28,569 bases of DNA. It comes from Lama guanicoe (lineage: Eukaryota). Under the pieces are notes generated by a model. It was not told the origin of the DNA. It saw only the letters and a program-made list of their open reading frames with translations, and ran no database searches. Each line of letters opens with the position of its first letter. Position 1 is the first letter of the stretch. The stretch is taken from NCBI GenBank assembly GCA_013239625.1, contig MU053304.1, positions 3,100,001 to 3,128,569 of the forward strand. The letters are read 5' to 3'. Shown here piece after piece: positions 1 to 12,695 of this stretch. The position numbers and the translations under genes are program-made.

Positions 1-300
1 GCACATTAATAATTTTTCTGAAATAAAAATGCCCTGGAAATACCTGTGTGCTTGAAATCTAACCTTGAGGTTTCAGTCACAGGTGAAATCTAGCTATGTG
101 GCCCTGACCAAGTGACGAGTTATGACCCTCAAATCACAGAAAGGACAGGGGGACCAAAGGCTGGACACGGACAGTCAGGACACGTGTCTAGACCTGACTG
201 GGGATGCCCGAAGCCTCGCCTGCATTGCTAAGACCGCTGGCGTTTTGATCCCAGCCGTCGCCTACATCAAAGAAGCAATAAAGGCAAAACCATGAAAACC

Positions 301-400
301 TTCATTCACTCACTCACTCACTCACTTACTCACTCAGTAAAGCCTTGTTGGGCCTGTTGACCACGTTCCCCAGGCCCAGGACGGCTCTGGGAATACGGCA
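301..400 (-). repeat. (TCAC)n tract, probably an L2 3' tail
   Basis: ttcattcactcactcactca... followed by a degenerate L2-end-like sequence. Confidence 0.5.
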
Positions 401-466
401 TTACCAGCCACGGTGACGCATTCATCCAACCGCAAACCAGTCTCCAGAGAGACAGTGAACACCCGC

Positions 467-922
467 TGTGTCAGTTTCCTATTGCTGCTGTAATAGGTCA
501 GCACACAATGTGTGGCTTAAAACACAAATTTATTGTCTGACAGTCCTTGAGCTGGAAAGCCTCATTGGGTCCCACTGGGAGAAGATCCAGGGGACAGCAG
601 GTCACGTCTCCTGAGGCTCTAGGAGGAGCTGTTTCCTTGCCTCTTCCAGCTTCTAGAGGCGGCCTGCATTTCTTGACTTGGAACCCATGTCTGGCAATTG
701 CCTCGCTCTGATCCCCGCTTTTGTTGTCACATCTTCACTGACTACCCCCTTCTCCCTCCCTCTTAGAAGAACTTGTAGTTATGTTGGGCCTAGTCAGATG
801 TTCCAAGATTCTTTCCGTCTCAAAATCTTTCACTTAATCACACCTGTGAAGTCCATATTCAGAGGTTCTGGGGATTAGGAAGAGCACATCTTGGTTGGGG
901 GGGGCATTATTCTGCCAGCTAC
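467..922 (-). mobile_element. MLT1 (MLT1D-like) ERVL-MaLR solo LTR
   Basis: Diagnostic segments agtttcctattgctgctgtaa, ggcttaaaacacaaatttatt, ttgcctcttccagcttctagaggc, ggggcattattctgcc. Confidence 0.8.
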
Positions 923-1034
923 CCCCACCCAATGCACAACACATACCAGCTACCGTAGAAGACCCAAAATAGTTAGGGCCATGATCTGTAGAAAATTCCT
1001 GCAGGATGAGAAATGTCTTCATCCTTCCCTGAAC

Positions 1035-1153
1035 ATGCAGATTCCTGGGCCTTAAGTCTTGAGCAGAACCCGTGAGTCTTCATTTTAACTACACTCTAAA
1101 GCGATTCCAAGGCAAAAGAGCAGTGGACCACGCCTGAGGACCACTACCCTAGA
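1035..1153. mobile_element. MER5-like hAT-Charlie fragment
   Basis: gcagattcctgggcc...cattttaac...tgaggaccactaccctaga. Confidence 0.5.
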
Positions 1154-2229
1154 TCTTAACAAATGCAGTGAAATAGTCCGTAGAATTGAATCTAGTGGAT
1201 TCGCTAGATTTAAATCTCTGAGGAGCTTCTTTTATGGGAATTTATATTACTGCAGTTTAATATAAACAAAAGCCATCTAACTGATCTACTCTGAATGCAA
1301 TATTAGTTTATCTTTAAGGGTATAGACTAATTTACTTACGGCTGTGAAAGAATGTGTTTAAAGCTTAAAGAGATCTATAAACATGAAGCGTTACCTGGCT
1401 GCACTGCGAGCAACTATACATAGATTACAGGGCATCTTCTTAAAACCAAGGTCACAGAGTTGAAAATAAACCCTTTGTCACTGTTCTAAATTTAAGCCTA
1501 AGACAATGTTTAAGCAATTTGGATTCTACAAACAAAAAATAAGTTTTCCAGGACCAACAGTCTTTCCAACATTTTACTAGTTAAGGGACGCATATTCTCC
1601 TATTACTTGAAATAGGTAAACCAGCAGCTATGCCCTTTCTACAGCTAATACGGGAAATACCATATTAAGAAGGAAACAGATTTCTTGAATATGTATAAGC
1701 ACATCTGACTGTCCTCTATGACTGGATTACTGCATTCTGTTGATTCTTATTTTGTAGTTGGCATTATTCCTTTGATAACTATGTAGGTTTAAAAAGCTAA
1801 AGCTCTAATCTGTTCTTAGAAACAATGATCAGTACATACATGTAAACTAAAAAAATGTGCCGTATATACTGTATATATGTATTTACATGCAATATAATAT
1901 GTATCAGCAATCAAACTATAATAATTCTACCTAATAAAACTGAAAGTGGAAAAAAAAGAAGGAGACAGGTTATAGAACAAAGAATAATGTTATCACTTCA
2001 TGAGTTTTGCTTAATTCTCTCCACTCAAATTCCAATCATAATAGGAGAGGGAATTACTGAGATAACTCAAAGCTATATGATATGGCTTTGGGGAGACTCT
2101 TCTTAAGGACACAGACACCACCAGAGCCACATTGGTGATGCCAGTATAGTGTTTTTGTTGGCAACCTCTGCTCAGTAAAAAGTCCAAGTTTCTTTTTCTT
2201 TTAAGGGCAGTTCCTAGTAGAATCTATAC

Positions 2230-2560
2230 GTCCATACGTTCAAGGACCTGCATTGCAGCACTGTTTATATTAATTTTAAAAACTGCATACAACCCAAATG
2301 TCCATTAATGGTGACAAAGTTAAAATTTCATGGTTAATTTACAAGATGGAAAGCTTTGCAAGAATTTCTAAAAGATACGGATAGACCAGAGAGATGCCAT
2401 GTGGCACTAACAAGTGAAAAAAGCAAGTTGCACAAAAGCATATACAACATGGTCTCGTGTGGCAAATATTAACTGTACACTAGTATATGTGTACAAAGAA
2501 GCTGTGAGAATAGCCACCAAATAGAGAAGTGGCTATGTTTATTCAGATGAGAATGCCAGG
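2230..2560 (+). mobile_element. Ancient L1 (L1ME-like) 3' fragment
   Basis: cattgcagcactgtttat...caacccaaatgtccattaat...aagtgaaaaaagcaagttgca. Confidence 0.6.
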
Positions 2561-2961
2561 GCACTTTTGCTTGTCGACTTTGTCCAGACTGGACAGTCTC
2601 CTTTTGTCTCAGAAAATTAACATATGCTGAGAAAGAGTGGTGGATGGACAGATGTGTGCCTTCTGTGAGAAGCTGCATTGCCTTGTGGTCCATCTCAGTA
2701 CAAAATCAGTTATCAGGGAGAAAAAAGACCATATGAATTGTCAATTTATACTGAAACAGAAAAAAAAAATCTTCAATGCAACCTCTTAGCAAAGTTTAAA
2801 GTGGTAAATGAATTCTAGAAGCTCAAGAAAAATATCCTAAACATCTTTATCCTTCCAACTTTCCAGTGCCCTTTATACCCCAGTGTGGCCAAACGTCTCC
2901 TCTCTCCCCATGCTCTCAAAACTACCCCCAAATTCCCAAAGAACTCGGGCCTGACTCCTAC

Positions 2962-3084
2962 TGTCAGGAACTGCCTCTTTTCTCTCCTCATCGAATCCTT
3001 CTTGGCCTCCAAATGTAAATTGATTCTGTCTTTCAGAACATCTTTCAGCTCTTCGCTCTCAGAACTGGCAAGTAAACTCAACAA
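2962..3084 (-). CDS. Candidate internal coding exon (123 bp, phase 0-0) of an unidentified gene or pseudogene
   Basis: Acceptor tcctccattctgcaccatAG, donor GTAGGA. Only one frame is open: LLSLLASSESEELKDVLKDRINLHLEAKKDSMRREKRQFLT. Protein not recognised. Confidence 0.3.
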
Positions 3085-5445
3085 CTATGGTGCAGAATGG
3101 AGGACATGCCTATTTACCTAAGCTTTTACCTATGTAACATGTGTTGCATCGGATCCAAGATACTGTGCACACATGTATGTAGCCATGACGAGCCCACGTC
3201 ATTCGTTTTACCTAGAAATAAGTAGGATGCAAACGACTCAGTGCAAGAAAAGAAAACAAAGGGTCTTCTACGCTATTTGTTAATGTTTGATTTTAAATAC
3301 ACACAGAAACACACATTAGAACGTAGTCAACAAAACACCTCATGTTCTTTGGAAGACAAAGAACAGTAGCTATCAACTGTGTTAAGCATTCAAGAATCGA
3401 TTTTCTCCCTTGTAAAAACAGACACTGGGGAAATGGCCATAAAGATGCTTTACAGCCAATTATTAAACTTTGCCTTTTCCTGGTCCGGTGCACTTTACTC
3501 TCTTGTGCTATGTGCCAAAGAACCAGCACGGAAATGTTGGATGATTACCTAGCGCACCATTAACCCTTATTTTGCATAATTATTATTCAAGCAAATTAAC
3601 ATTCTTTGTGCTATCTATGAAGCCAGATTTCTTAGACCAGAACTCGTGCAGGACATCACAAAAGTGCTCCAGTCCTAACTAGTAACCATAGCTGATGTTC
3701 CTTCAAAGTTAAAATGTTCCCAGTTAAAAGCAAAATATGAAATGAAACTGTATCTGGGAGCCGTCACCTTTAAAGCAGTCGCACAGCTTTTAGTAACTGA
3801 CCTCTGCCATCAAATAGTTTCTGCACTTAGGTTTTGGGAGAGAAAGGGAACATGTGAGTCCCTGAGTGCAGGTGAAAGCATGGGCTCTTCCCCCACCACC
3901 CACTCTTTCATCACCAGCAACCCAAGGCACAGAGTGGGGACAGGGGTGAGGACACCAAGACCAGCCATGATCCTCCTCACCAATGGCTCAGGCTAACTCC
4001 TCAAAAATCCCTGTCTGGCTGGACATCAGCCAACTGCCCCTCATACATTAGCATCAGCGGGATATAATACAACAGCCTTGGACCTCCTATGCACACGGAG
4101 GTATCCACATCCCACACTAAAGAGAGCTGTCTATGGAAGTTGCTAACTGTCTTCACCTGTCAATTTGCATTCTGGATTAGTGTTCACTGAATCCCAAACA
4201 TGCCAAGGAATGTTGTTCTGATTAAAGTCTTAGCCAAAAAATGTCCAGTGAAATGAAAGTTGTCTATGGAATGGAGAACATGCGTTGACAATGTGGTTGT
4301 AAAGATATACAAGTAATAAGCCATTTTGTTAAGTTATAAAACTTTATTTTTATTACAAAAAAGCCACTAGAAAAATTATTTTTGTCTAGTAGAAATTTTA
4401 AAAGAAAAAGTGTTTTTCTAACACCGTGTTCTTTTCTTTGTTAGTCACGTGCCACTTTATCCAATAAGAAATTTTTTTTCCAAGTGCAGAAATAAGAATG
4501 AAGAAATAACAAGGAGAGAAAAGATAGAGTGAAGTCAGGAGTGAGTTTCCTACAGAAAGAAAGATGCTGGGAGGTCTTAATAAGGGGTCTCAAAATTCCA
4601 GTTTGATATCTGCAAAAGCAGTACTTACGCAAACAATTATAAGAAAACTTTAAGGAGATGTAATTTGGATTTTTGAGGAAGGTCATAGGTTGGGAAGAAA
4701 ACAAACAGATATAGTTAAACCTCCAACTGGATCTCAGAACCAGACGTTATAGTATGTCTTGGATGAATTCGGCCAATTCATTTTTCTCAAAGTCTTTGTT
4801 AGCAAGTAGATCTTTGAGGGATGGCAAAGTGGTACAGGAAAAGAAGAATTCCAAAATATGTGAAAAAGATGTCTACATTTTAGGAGAATAATTAACACAG
4901 ATCGTTGAAAACACAACTTATCTGAATGTCTACAAATCAGGTATGACGGTGAACATTTACCTCTGGAAACAAGGAAAGCTGGTCATTAATCATTGACGGT
5001 GCAGTGAAGTTCATCCCCTCCCATCTCACCCACCTCTCTTTAACATGATGCACAATTTACTGATTTGAAGTCCATTTTTTCACTATGCATCAAAATAAAA
5101 TAGGTGGAAGTTTGATGATAGAGAAAAATGTTTCATAAAGCATGCCCTTTTCCTACAGGAAAAAACAGCTCTGGATGGATCAGCAGAAACCAATCAGAGA
5201 AGCTGAACTCTGGGAAGCAACAGCAGAGAAAAGCACATGACAGACACTTTTCTTGGCTGACATGCTGACGGCTTTTATTGGTTGATTATTTCCTTGTTGG
5301 CTTATTTATATTCCACTTTATTTCACAAAAAAGCTGAGATGGCTTTCAAAAGATCCATGGAAAGATAAAGGGTTGAAAAAGTAACGACGAAGGGGAAGTA
5401 CAGGTATGTAAACCAAAGTTAAGAGGAGATTAATACAGAGAAATA

Positions 5446-5630
5446 AAATAAACCACAAAGTCCTACTGTACAGCACAGGGAACTATATTCAGTATCTTAC
5501 AGTAGCCTATGATGAATAAGAATATGAAAAGGAATATATATATATATATATATATGTATTACTGAATCACTATGCTGTACACCAGAAATTAACACAACCT
5601 TATAAACCAACTATACTTCATTAACAAAAA
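5446..5630 (+). mobile_element. 5'-truncated L1 3' end with 14-bp TSD
   Basis: cctactgtacagcacagggaactatattc...ctatacttca plus A-tail; flanked by aatacagagaaata (5432-5445) and aatacaaagaaata (5631-5644). Confidence 0.85.
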
Positions 5631-5759
5631 AATACAAAGAAATACACATTATTCAGTTCTACTCACACCAGAGTTGACAAAAAGTTGACTCTAGGCTTCC
5701 TTCCAATCAAAGGCAGGCAGAGAGAGTTTTGAGACCTACTTAACAGTGTTCCCTTAGCA

Positions 5760-6245
5760 TTTTTGTTAATTTTGATTGAAACGTAGTCCATTTACAATGT
5801 TGTGTCAATTTCTACTGTACAGCACTTCAGTCATATAGGAGCATACATGTATTCGTTTTCATATTCTTTTCACCATAACTTACTACAAGATATTGAATAT
5901 AGTTCCCTATGCTATAGAGTATAAACTTGTTTATCTATTTTATATATAGTAGTTAGTATCTACAAATCTCGAACTTCCAAATTATCCCTTCCTACCCCCT
6001 TCCCCACTGGTAACCATAAGTTTGTTTTCTATGTCTGTGGGTCTGATTCTGTTTTATAAGTAAGTTCATTTGTCTTTTTTTTTTCCGATTCCACATATAA
6101 GTGATACATGGTTTTTTTTTTTCTCTTTCTGGCTTACTTCACTTAGAATGACAATCTCCAGGTCCAGCCATGATGCTGCAAATGGCATTATTTTATTCTT
6201 TTTATGGCTGAGTAGTATTCCATTGTATAAATATACCACAACTTC
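5760..6245 (-). mobile_element. L1 3' end (ORF2 C-terminal remnant plus 3'UTR)
   Basis: ORF 6066-6278(-) carries IMPFAASWLDLEIVILSEVSQKEK, the L1 ORF2 C-terminus; typical L1 3'UTR follows. Confidence 0.9.
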
Positions 6246-6399
6246 AGGCATACAAGACCTTAGAAGTTTTGTCACCAAAAGAAAAAAAAGTCAATAGTGA
6301 AAATATTCTTGGAGGAATTATTCAAATAAGAAGAGGAAAAGCTTGAGGAGAATTATGACACATCCAAGATAACATTGTGAGAAATGAAGTAGTTGGAGG

Positions 6400-6565
6400 T
6401 GAGAGGCAAAATATAGAATAGTGGTCAAGAAGGGTCACTGATGTCTGGCTGCCTGGTTCAAACACTGGTTCTACCAGCTGTGAGATGTGTGACTGTGCGA
6501 AAGTTACAGAACAGCTTCGTGTCTCAGTTTTCTCCTCTGCAGAAAAAAAGTTATTGTGAGTTGAT
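6400..6565 (+). mobile_element. MIR SINE
   Basis: Core motif tgtgactgtgcgaaagttac...gtgtctcagttttctcctctg. Confidence 0.65.
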
Positions 6566-6574
6566 CAAGCCAAA

Positions 6575-6865
6575 ACCTTCAGAGTCATTCTTAACTTTTC
6601 TTTACTCTCACACCTAAATCCAGCTTCAGAAAATCTTGTCTATATTGTCAAATTCTATTCAAAAGCTGTCCATTTCTATTCTTTGTTGTCTCTCCCCCTT
6701 CATCTCTCACCAGGAGTATTACAGAAGCCTCCCAACCAGTCCCTCTGTTTCTCCACTTGGTCCTGATCTACCTACCACAGAACCTCTGCAACAAAGTGTC
6801 CTGGGTGATCATTCTAAAGCATAAATCATAACACTTAATCCTCTGCTCAAACTCCTACAGAGTAG
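6575..6865 (+). mobile_element. L2 LINE fragment
   Basis: gagtcattcttaac...catctctcacc...agcctcccaaccagtcc...ctctgctcaaactcc. Confidence 0.6.
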
Positions 6866-6887
6866 TGATCCAAGTCCTTACAAGACA

Positions 6888-7035
6888 GGAAGGAAGGATG
6901 GAAGGAAGGAAGGAAGGAAGGAAGGAAGGAAGGAAGGAAGGAAGGAAGGAAGGAAGGAAAGAAAGAAAAGAAAGAAAAGGAAGGAAGGAAGGAAGGAAGG
7001 AAGGAAGGAAGGAAGGAAGGAAGGAAGGAAGAAAA
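6888..7035 (+). repeat. (GAAG)n compound microsatellite with a central (GAAA) interruption
   Basis: Directly visible, ~150 bp purine tract. Confidence 0.97.
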
Positions 7036-7084
7036 GCGAGCAAGATTGATTCAACTGCAGGCAGAGGTAGACAGCTTTAATAAT

Positions 7085-8510
7085 TACTGTTTTATAGATA
7101 ATTTTGTTTCATATGTAACCAAACTCATTCATCTTTCCCCAGATAATTTTGAAACAAATCTCAATCATTTACATCATATCATTTCACTAGAAGTCATTCT
7201 AAAATTATTCTGTTCAGAAGCTCTAAAAAATAAGAAGCCTTTTTAAACTAACTGATCACACCAAAATACATACAGGTAGTTGGTTGGTTTGAATCAGAAC
7301 CCAAACAAGATCATACATTGCAACTGGTCAATATATGGCCCAAAATATTTTTAAAATTATAGCCACTCCCCATTCTATTTTGTTTTCCTTGTAATTATTT
7401 GTTGGAGACAGCAGGTTGCCTGTATTGTGCAGTTCCCTACAGTCTGGATTTTTAATTATTCTGTCTTCATGGTGTTAGCTTGCTCTCTTGTGCCCTGTAT
7501 CTCCTAAAAATTGATAATTAGATTTTGTTCTTGATCAAATTTAGGTTCCACATTTTCAGTAAGGATGTCACAAGAGGTTTGTGCACCTCATCAGGCAGTA
7601 CATACTATATGATTTTCTCACATCTTCCAAAGTATGACCAATAGGTTGTTTTTGTTTTGTGTAACTCTCATTGTGAACTCATAGGTTTAAAGATAGTGAA
7701 TATTTCAATTCTTTGCCATCACGTTCTTACTGAGACTCAAATTGTCTTCTATTTGGTCAGTGGGAACATCTATCAGTTGGTTCCTAAGTCCTCTTAACAG
7801 CCCTGATTCTTCTTAGTGGCAAATGGTGTGCAGATTTTTGCCCTGTTAGTATCCATTGCTAGTAGGCTGATCACTGTTTCTAGATCTTTTCAGTGGACAG
7901 AGTGGAAATTTAAAATACACCATGAGCTCTTACAGATCCTCTCATTCAAAATCAAGACTACAAAGATTTTACCAACTGTACTTAACTGGCCCCTGAATAC
8001 TCTTTCTTCTGGGCCAAAAGTTGCATTTACCAATTAACGGCAACGTAAGTACTCATTTGTTTTATCCCATAGCACATGCACAACCGTCTCAGGCTAACAA
8101 TACCAAACCACCACCAAAAACTCGACCACCGAACACCAGTTGTGTTGGGTTTGGTCATTCCTTTGTCCTTAGAGTACATTTCACAAGAGATGTACAAGTC
8201 AAATTACTGCCCTTTAAAGTCACTTGAAACAGTTCCTGTGTGGTGATACCGCCCACTTAGTTCACATTTAAGTTCATCTGTTTCATTTTATTTTCAAGTT
8301 TTAGGGATTTTCGAATGTTAACTGTGTTGAATAATTATGTAAAATATTCACATGGTCCCAAAGTCAAGCGCACAAAACAAAATATGTTCAGAAAAGTGCA
8401 ATTTCTGTTCCTTCTTACTATTGGAAATCAATTTTTTAGCTTTTTTAAAATTTACTTTGCATTTTTTGAAAGTTATCAACAAATACACACACATTTTCGA
8501 ACACCCCTTT
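7085..8510 (-). mobile_element. Old L1MC-like 3' region
   Basis: gtttgaatcagaacccaaacaag, acagtctggattt, gctcaaattgtc-like and ttggtcagtgggaac segments typical of L1MC4/5 3' ends; boundaries approximate. Confidence 0.5.
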
Positions 8511-8539
8511 CTTAGGTAAACCTACCAAATCCTTGAAAA

Positions 8540-9030
8540 CACTTAATTCCTTACTCATAAAGTTGTGTTAGAAAAAATAGAGGAAAAAAAAAGTGAAAGC
8601 TGCCCAGATCATTTTATGAAACAAGTGTAATACTGATTTCAAACTAAAAATCATACCAGAAAAGACATGTGTGAAAAGAATGGGACATTTCACTTATAAA
8701 ATTGACACTTCGGTAGACTGAAGGAGAAAATTGAAGACTACCTCAACTTAATGCAGAAAAAACACCTCATAAAATCTGAAACCTATTCACGGCTTTTCAA
8801 AAGACTGTCTCTCAGCCACCTTGAAACGTCCAGGTGACCTACAACAAACATCATTTATACTTAATGAAGACACTTGAGCTGTATTCCAGCTACTGTCAGA
8901 AACAAGACAAGGATACCTAGAAACATTAACAGAATCAGCTGATAAATCACGAGAACTAATACGAGCACTCAGAAAGGCAACCAGATGTAGCACTAAACGG
9001 AAGCCATCAATAGCAATTTTTTATATATCG
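8540..9030 (+). mobile_element. Highly decayed L1 ORF2 fragments
   Basis: tcattttatgaaacaagtgtaatactgat, atgcagaaaaa...ataaaat, gaaacaagacaaggatacc, gaactaata; no open frame. Confidence 0.55.
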
Positions 9031-9078
9031 CTCTTAAAGGCAGGCGACTTAACCCCTGTATTAATTTTAATTAATAAC

Positions 9079-9522
9079 TGTTAATTTCCTAGGATGGCTG
9101 CAACAAAGTACCATTAACTGGGTGAGTGAAAGCAACAGAAACGTATTGTCTCACGGTTCTGGAGGCCAGAAGTCTGAAACCAAGGTTCCCTCTGAAACTT
9201 GCCAGGGAATCCTTCCCTGCGTCTTCCTACCTTCTGGTGGTTTTCTGGCAATCTCTGGCATCCTTGGCCTTGAAGCTGCATACCTCCCGTCTCTGCCGTG
9301 GTTGTCACATGGTGTCTCCCTGTGTGTGTCTTCACGTGGGCATCTTCTTATAAGGACACCAGTCATGTTGAATTAGGGGCTCACCTTACTCCGGTATGAC
9401 CTCATCTTAACTGATTACTGCAATGACCCTATTTCCAAATAAGGATAATATTCTTAGGTCCTGAGGCTTAGAACTTCAACATAGGAATTTTTTTGAGGGG
9501 GGAGGACACCATTAGGCCCACA
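9079..9522 (-). mobile_element. MLT1C-like solo LTR
   Basis: ctcacggttctggaggccagaagtctgaa...cttataaggacaccagtcat...atgacctcatcttaact...ccctatttccaaataagg. Confidence 0.85.
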
Positions 9523-9904
9523 ATCCCCCTCATCTGCAGCGGGATGCAGCTAGTGCCCTGAGAGTGGGCCAAGGCGAGGCTCCAGGTAAGAGACACGCGC
9601 GAGCCCTGTACTGCAGCGCACCACGAGAGGCGGAGGCAGCCTTTCACATGGACTGCGTAGGCTTGGTGATGGCAGAAAGCATATTCCAGGTGGAGAAACT
9701 AGCATCAAAGTCTTGACATCAGAAATGGTGGAAGAATGTGTGTGAGTTAATGCAAGCACAGTGTGAATGAAGGGAAATAGGAAAAAAAAAGTTCAGAAAA
9801 ACAACTCTGGGGAGGGTCTTGAAGGCATTGGTACTTGAGTGATTAGCAATCCAACTCCTAATCCAATCTCCACAGACATCCAGCTACTCATTCTTTTTTT
9901 TTTT

Positions 9905-10345
9905 CACTCTAATGGTTTGTATTGAGTGACCACCCTAAGCTATTGCTTGTCCTGGTGACGTAGCACTAAACCAGACCTTCATGATATGTGCACTAAATAT
10001 GGAAGGAAACAGATCATAAAAGACAGATTCATGTAATTTCAGTATATGAAAAATGCTATGAGGACAGTAAAACAGGACAAGGGCAAAAGGTATCTCTAAG
10101 GAAGTAGCTTTCGACCGAAGGACAACAAGAAGCCGGAAGTGCAAAAACCTGGGGAAAGTGTGTTCCAAGCAGATGGAGCCATAGATGCAAAAGCGCTGAG
10201 GCAGGCAGATTAATGAACAGACTGCCGGGAGCCCAGGGTGAGGGTGAGCACTGGACACTGGAAGTCAAGGACCAGATCAAACAGGGATGTGGTAAGAAGC
10301 CTTCAACTGATAGTGATTTTTAAAACAGAAAGGATAACATTCAAT
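9905..10345 (-). mobile_element. L2 fragment
   Basis: tattgagtgaccac..., aaatgctatgagga, gtgttccaagcagatggag...tgcaaaagcgctgaggcagg. Confidence 0.55.
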
Positions 10346-10899
10346 CCACATTGCTCATGTCAAAGTTTGAGGGGTGTGTAAAAATTGAATAATGTCACCA
10401 AATAATGTCAACAAAGCTGCCGGGTGTGGTGCCCAGAAGAGATCTGACACTCGCTTGCACCTTTTTGGAGCAGCATCCTTAATCTCACTGCTATACTGGA
10501 AGAAAAAAAAAAAAAGATATGTTCCTGGTGCAAACATCTGTGTTTAAATGACAAAAGGCAGTCTTATTCTGTAAGGACAGGAACGGGACTGACATCTTGC
10601 TTCAAACTTCATAAAACTCCTCTACTGAGTTGAATTTTTCAAAGCATTTGTTCATATGCTATCTATGCCATTTTTTTTTAAGTGTGGCAAAGATGACAAC
10701 AGCTCATTTTAACCAGCTTTTCAGAGACAGCATCGATTTTCAGTTCCTTAGCTGGAAACTCCTCCCAGGCAGGCCTCCCTGAGGTTACACTCACAACACT
10801 CTGTTCAGATTTGGGGTGTTCCTGAGTCTCCTTAATCATACATTCCCAGGCAGTTTCTTGGGTTGGATTATTTCTTCATGTACTGACATCATTATAACT

Positions 10900-11715
10900 T
10901 TTTTTTCCTCTGAAAAAAATGGTGCAAAAATTCAAATATACAAAAATAGACAAACGGTGGAAAGTAAATTTCCCTCTCTTTCCTGTTCTTCAGCTCCCCC
11001 TCAATTCCCCTCCCTTGTCATTACCTTGAGTATCTTTCTAAAGGTATTCTGTGAGTGTATAGACACATACGATAGCAGAGTTTACTATTCTGTTCCTCAC
11101 TTTGATTTTCCTTTCTTTTCCTTTTCTAAAATTTATTTATTTATTTATTCATTCATTCACTCATTCTGGAGTCTAGTCAATTACAACGTGTCAACATCTG
11201 GTGTATAGCATAATGTTTCACTCATACATATGCATACGTATACTTGCTTTCATATTCCTTTTTATTATGGGTTACTACGAGATATTGACTATAGTTCCCT
11301 ATGCTATACAGAAGAAGTTTATTTTTTAATCTATTTTTTACATAGTAGTTAGTATTTTCACATCTCGAACTCCCAATTTATCCCTTCCCACTCCCTTTTC
11401 CCCCAGTAACCATAAGTTTGTTTTCTATGTCTGTGAGTCTGTTTCTGTTTTATAGATAAGTTCATTAGTGTCTTTTTTCTTTTCTTTGATTTTCTCATTG
11501 AAATTATCTGAAAGCACTACATAGGCAGCTGCTTCATTTTTGCTCATTGCTGCGTTTTATTCTTTGTCATCTGTATACTATAACTTGACTAAATAAATCT
11601 TCCTTGAATGGGTCTTTAAATGTTTCCAATTTTTTCCTACTACAAATAATGCAACAAATATCCTGGTACACACATCATTTTGCCCCTATAGGAGTATATC
11701 ACAGGATATGTAAAT
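10900..11715 (-). mobile_element. Ancient L1ME-like fragment interrupted by a younger L1
   Basis: gtttccaatttttt...tacaaataatgc...atatcctggtacaca; the old element continues on both sides of 11111-11483. Confidence 0.55.
11111..11483 (-). mobile_element. Young L1 3' end with 11-bp TSD
   Basis: Similar to 5760-6085; flanked by ctttgattttc at 11100-11110 and 11484-11494; A-tail decayed to (TTTA)/(TTCA) repeats. Confidence 0.85.
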
Positions 11716-11836
11716 TATATTTGAAATCTTTCTAATTTTATTCTTAGAAGTTAATTTTGATTCTAGTTCGGGCTCCCTTAATACTATGTGTTCAGTTCAA
11801 ACTACTCCACCTTTGTGGATTTACAGTATGAAAATG

Positions 11837-12210
11837 TGTTATGAGCCGAATTGTGTCCCCTCAAAATTCACATGTTGAAGGTTTCATCTCCAGTGTGACT
11901 GTATTTGGAGATAAGACCCTTTTGGAAGTAATCAAGGATAAATGAGGTCATGAGAGTGGGGCTCTGATTCACTATTACAGATGTCCTTATAAGAAGAGAA
12001 AGAGACACCAGGGATGTTAGCACATGGCAAAAAGGCCATATAGAGACACAGCAGGAAGACAGCCAGCCTTCTGCAAGCCAAGGAGAGAGGCCTCGGGAGA
12101 AGCCAAGCCTCCCATGACCCTGATCTTGAACTTCCAGCCAAATAAATCTCTGTTGTTTAAGTCATCCATTCTGTGGCATTTTTTTATGGCGTCCGGAGGA
12201 AAGTAAAGCA
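11837..12210 (+). mobile_element. MLT1B-like solo LTR
   Basis: tgttatgagccgaattgtgtcccctcaaaattca...gtccttataagaagag...aataaatctctgttgtttaag. Confidence 0.85.
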
Positions 12211-12649
12211 GTTGCTGCCTTGACAGATGACGCTCTTAGAGAAAGTCAGTTAAGAAATCATTTAGTATGTTACACTATATTTCTTAGTAATTTACCCTTG
12301 AAATTTGTCTAATACACAAACTAAATATTAAAATACTTTTTTCTTGATCACTGGAAGTTTAGTTCAGATTCATATGATTTCAGTTTAATTAATCTAACAA
12401 ATATTCAAAAAAAAAACAATTATTACTTGCATCAGTTGAAATTGGAGGATAGAATGAAGACACAGTCTTACCAAGGTCTAAAGACACTCTCATGTATCAC
12501 AGACTAAGACAGAAAGTCGGTAAGGCTCTGTTTTAACTTCAGAAAGCTTTAAGGAAGTTAGTCTTTTTACCTCTAATAGCAAAGAAAGCCAGGACTCAGG
12601 TCCAAAGAGAGATCAAGGTAAACCAACTTTCACCTTTCCAACATGTAAG

Positions 12650-12695
12650 GTGTATGTGTATATATATATATTATATACACATACATATATATATG
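12650..12695. repeat. (TA)n-rich microsatellite
   Basis: Directly visible. Confidence 0.8.

Noticed and set aside
5159..5403. Plus-strand exon-like segment (cccttttcctacAG ... CAG|GTATGT)
   Set aside because: All three frames are closed and no partner exon is evident; cannot be told from chance, though a lncRNA exon is not excluded.
5752..6272. TSD for the 5760-6245 L1 (ccttagcatttttgt / ccttagaagttttgt)
   Set aside because: Two mismatches and offset from the apparent element end; not convincing.
6066..6297. ORFs of 70 and 75 aa
   Set aside because: L1 ORF2 C-terminal remnant and its antisense; not a host gene.
6855..7080. ORFs with KEGR / FLPS repeats
   Set aside because: Translation of the (GAAG)n microsatellite.
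9114..9376. Four overlapping short ORFs
   Set aside because: All lie within an MLT1 LTR; the same applies to 678-878, 11932-12206 and most of 13119-13301.
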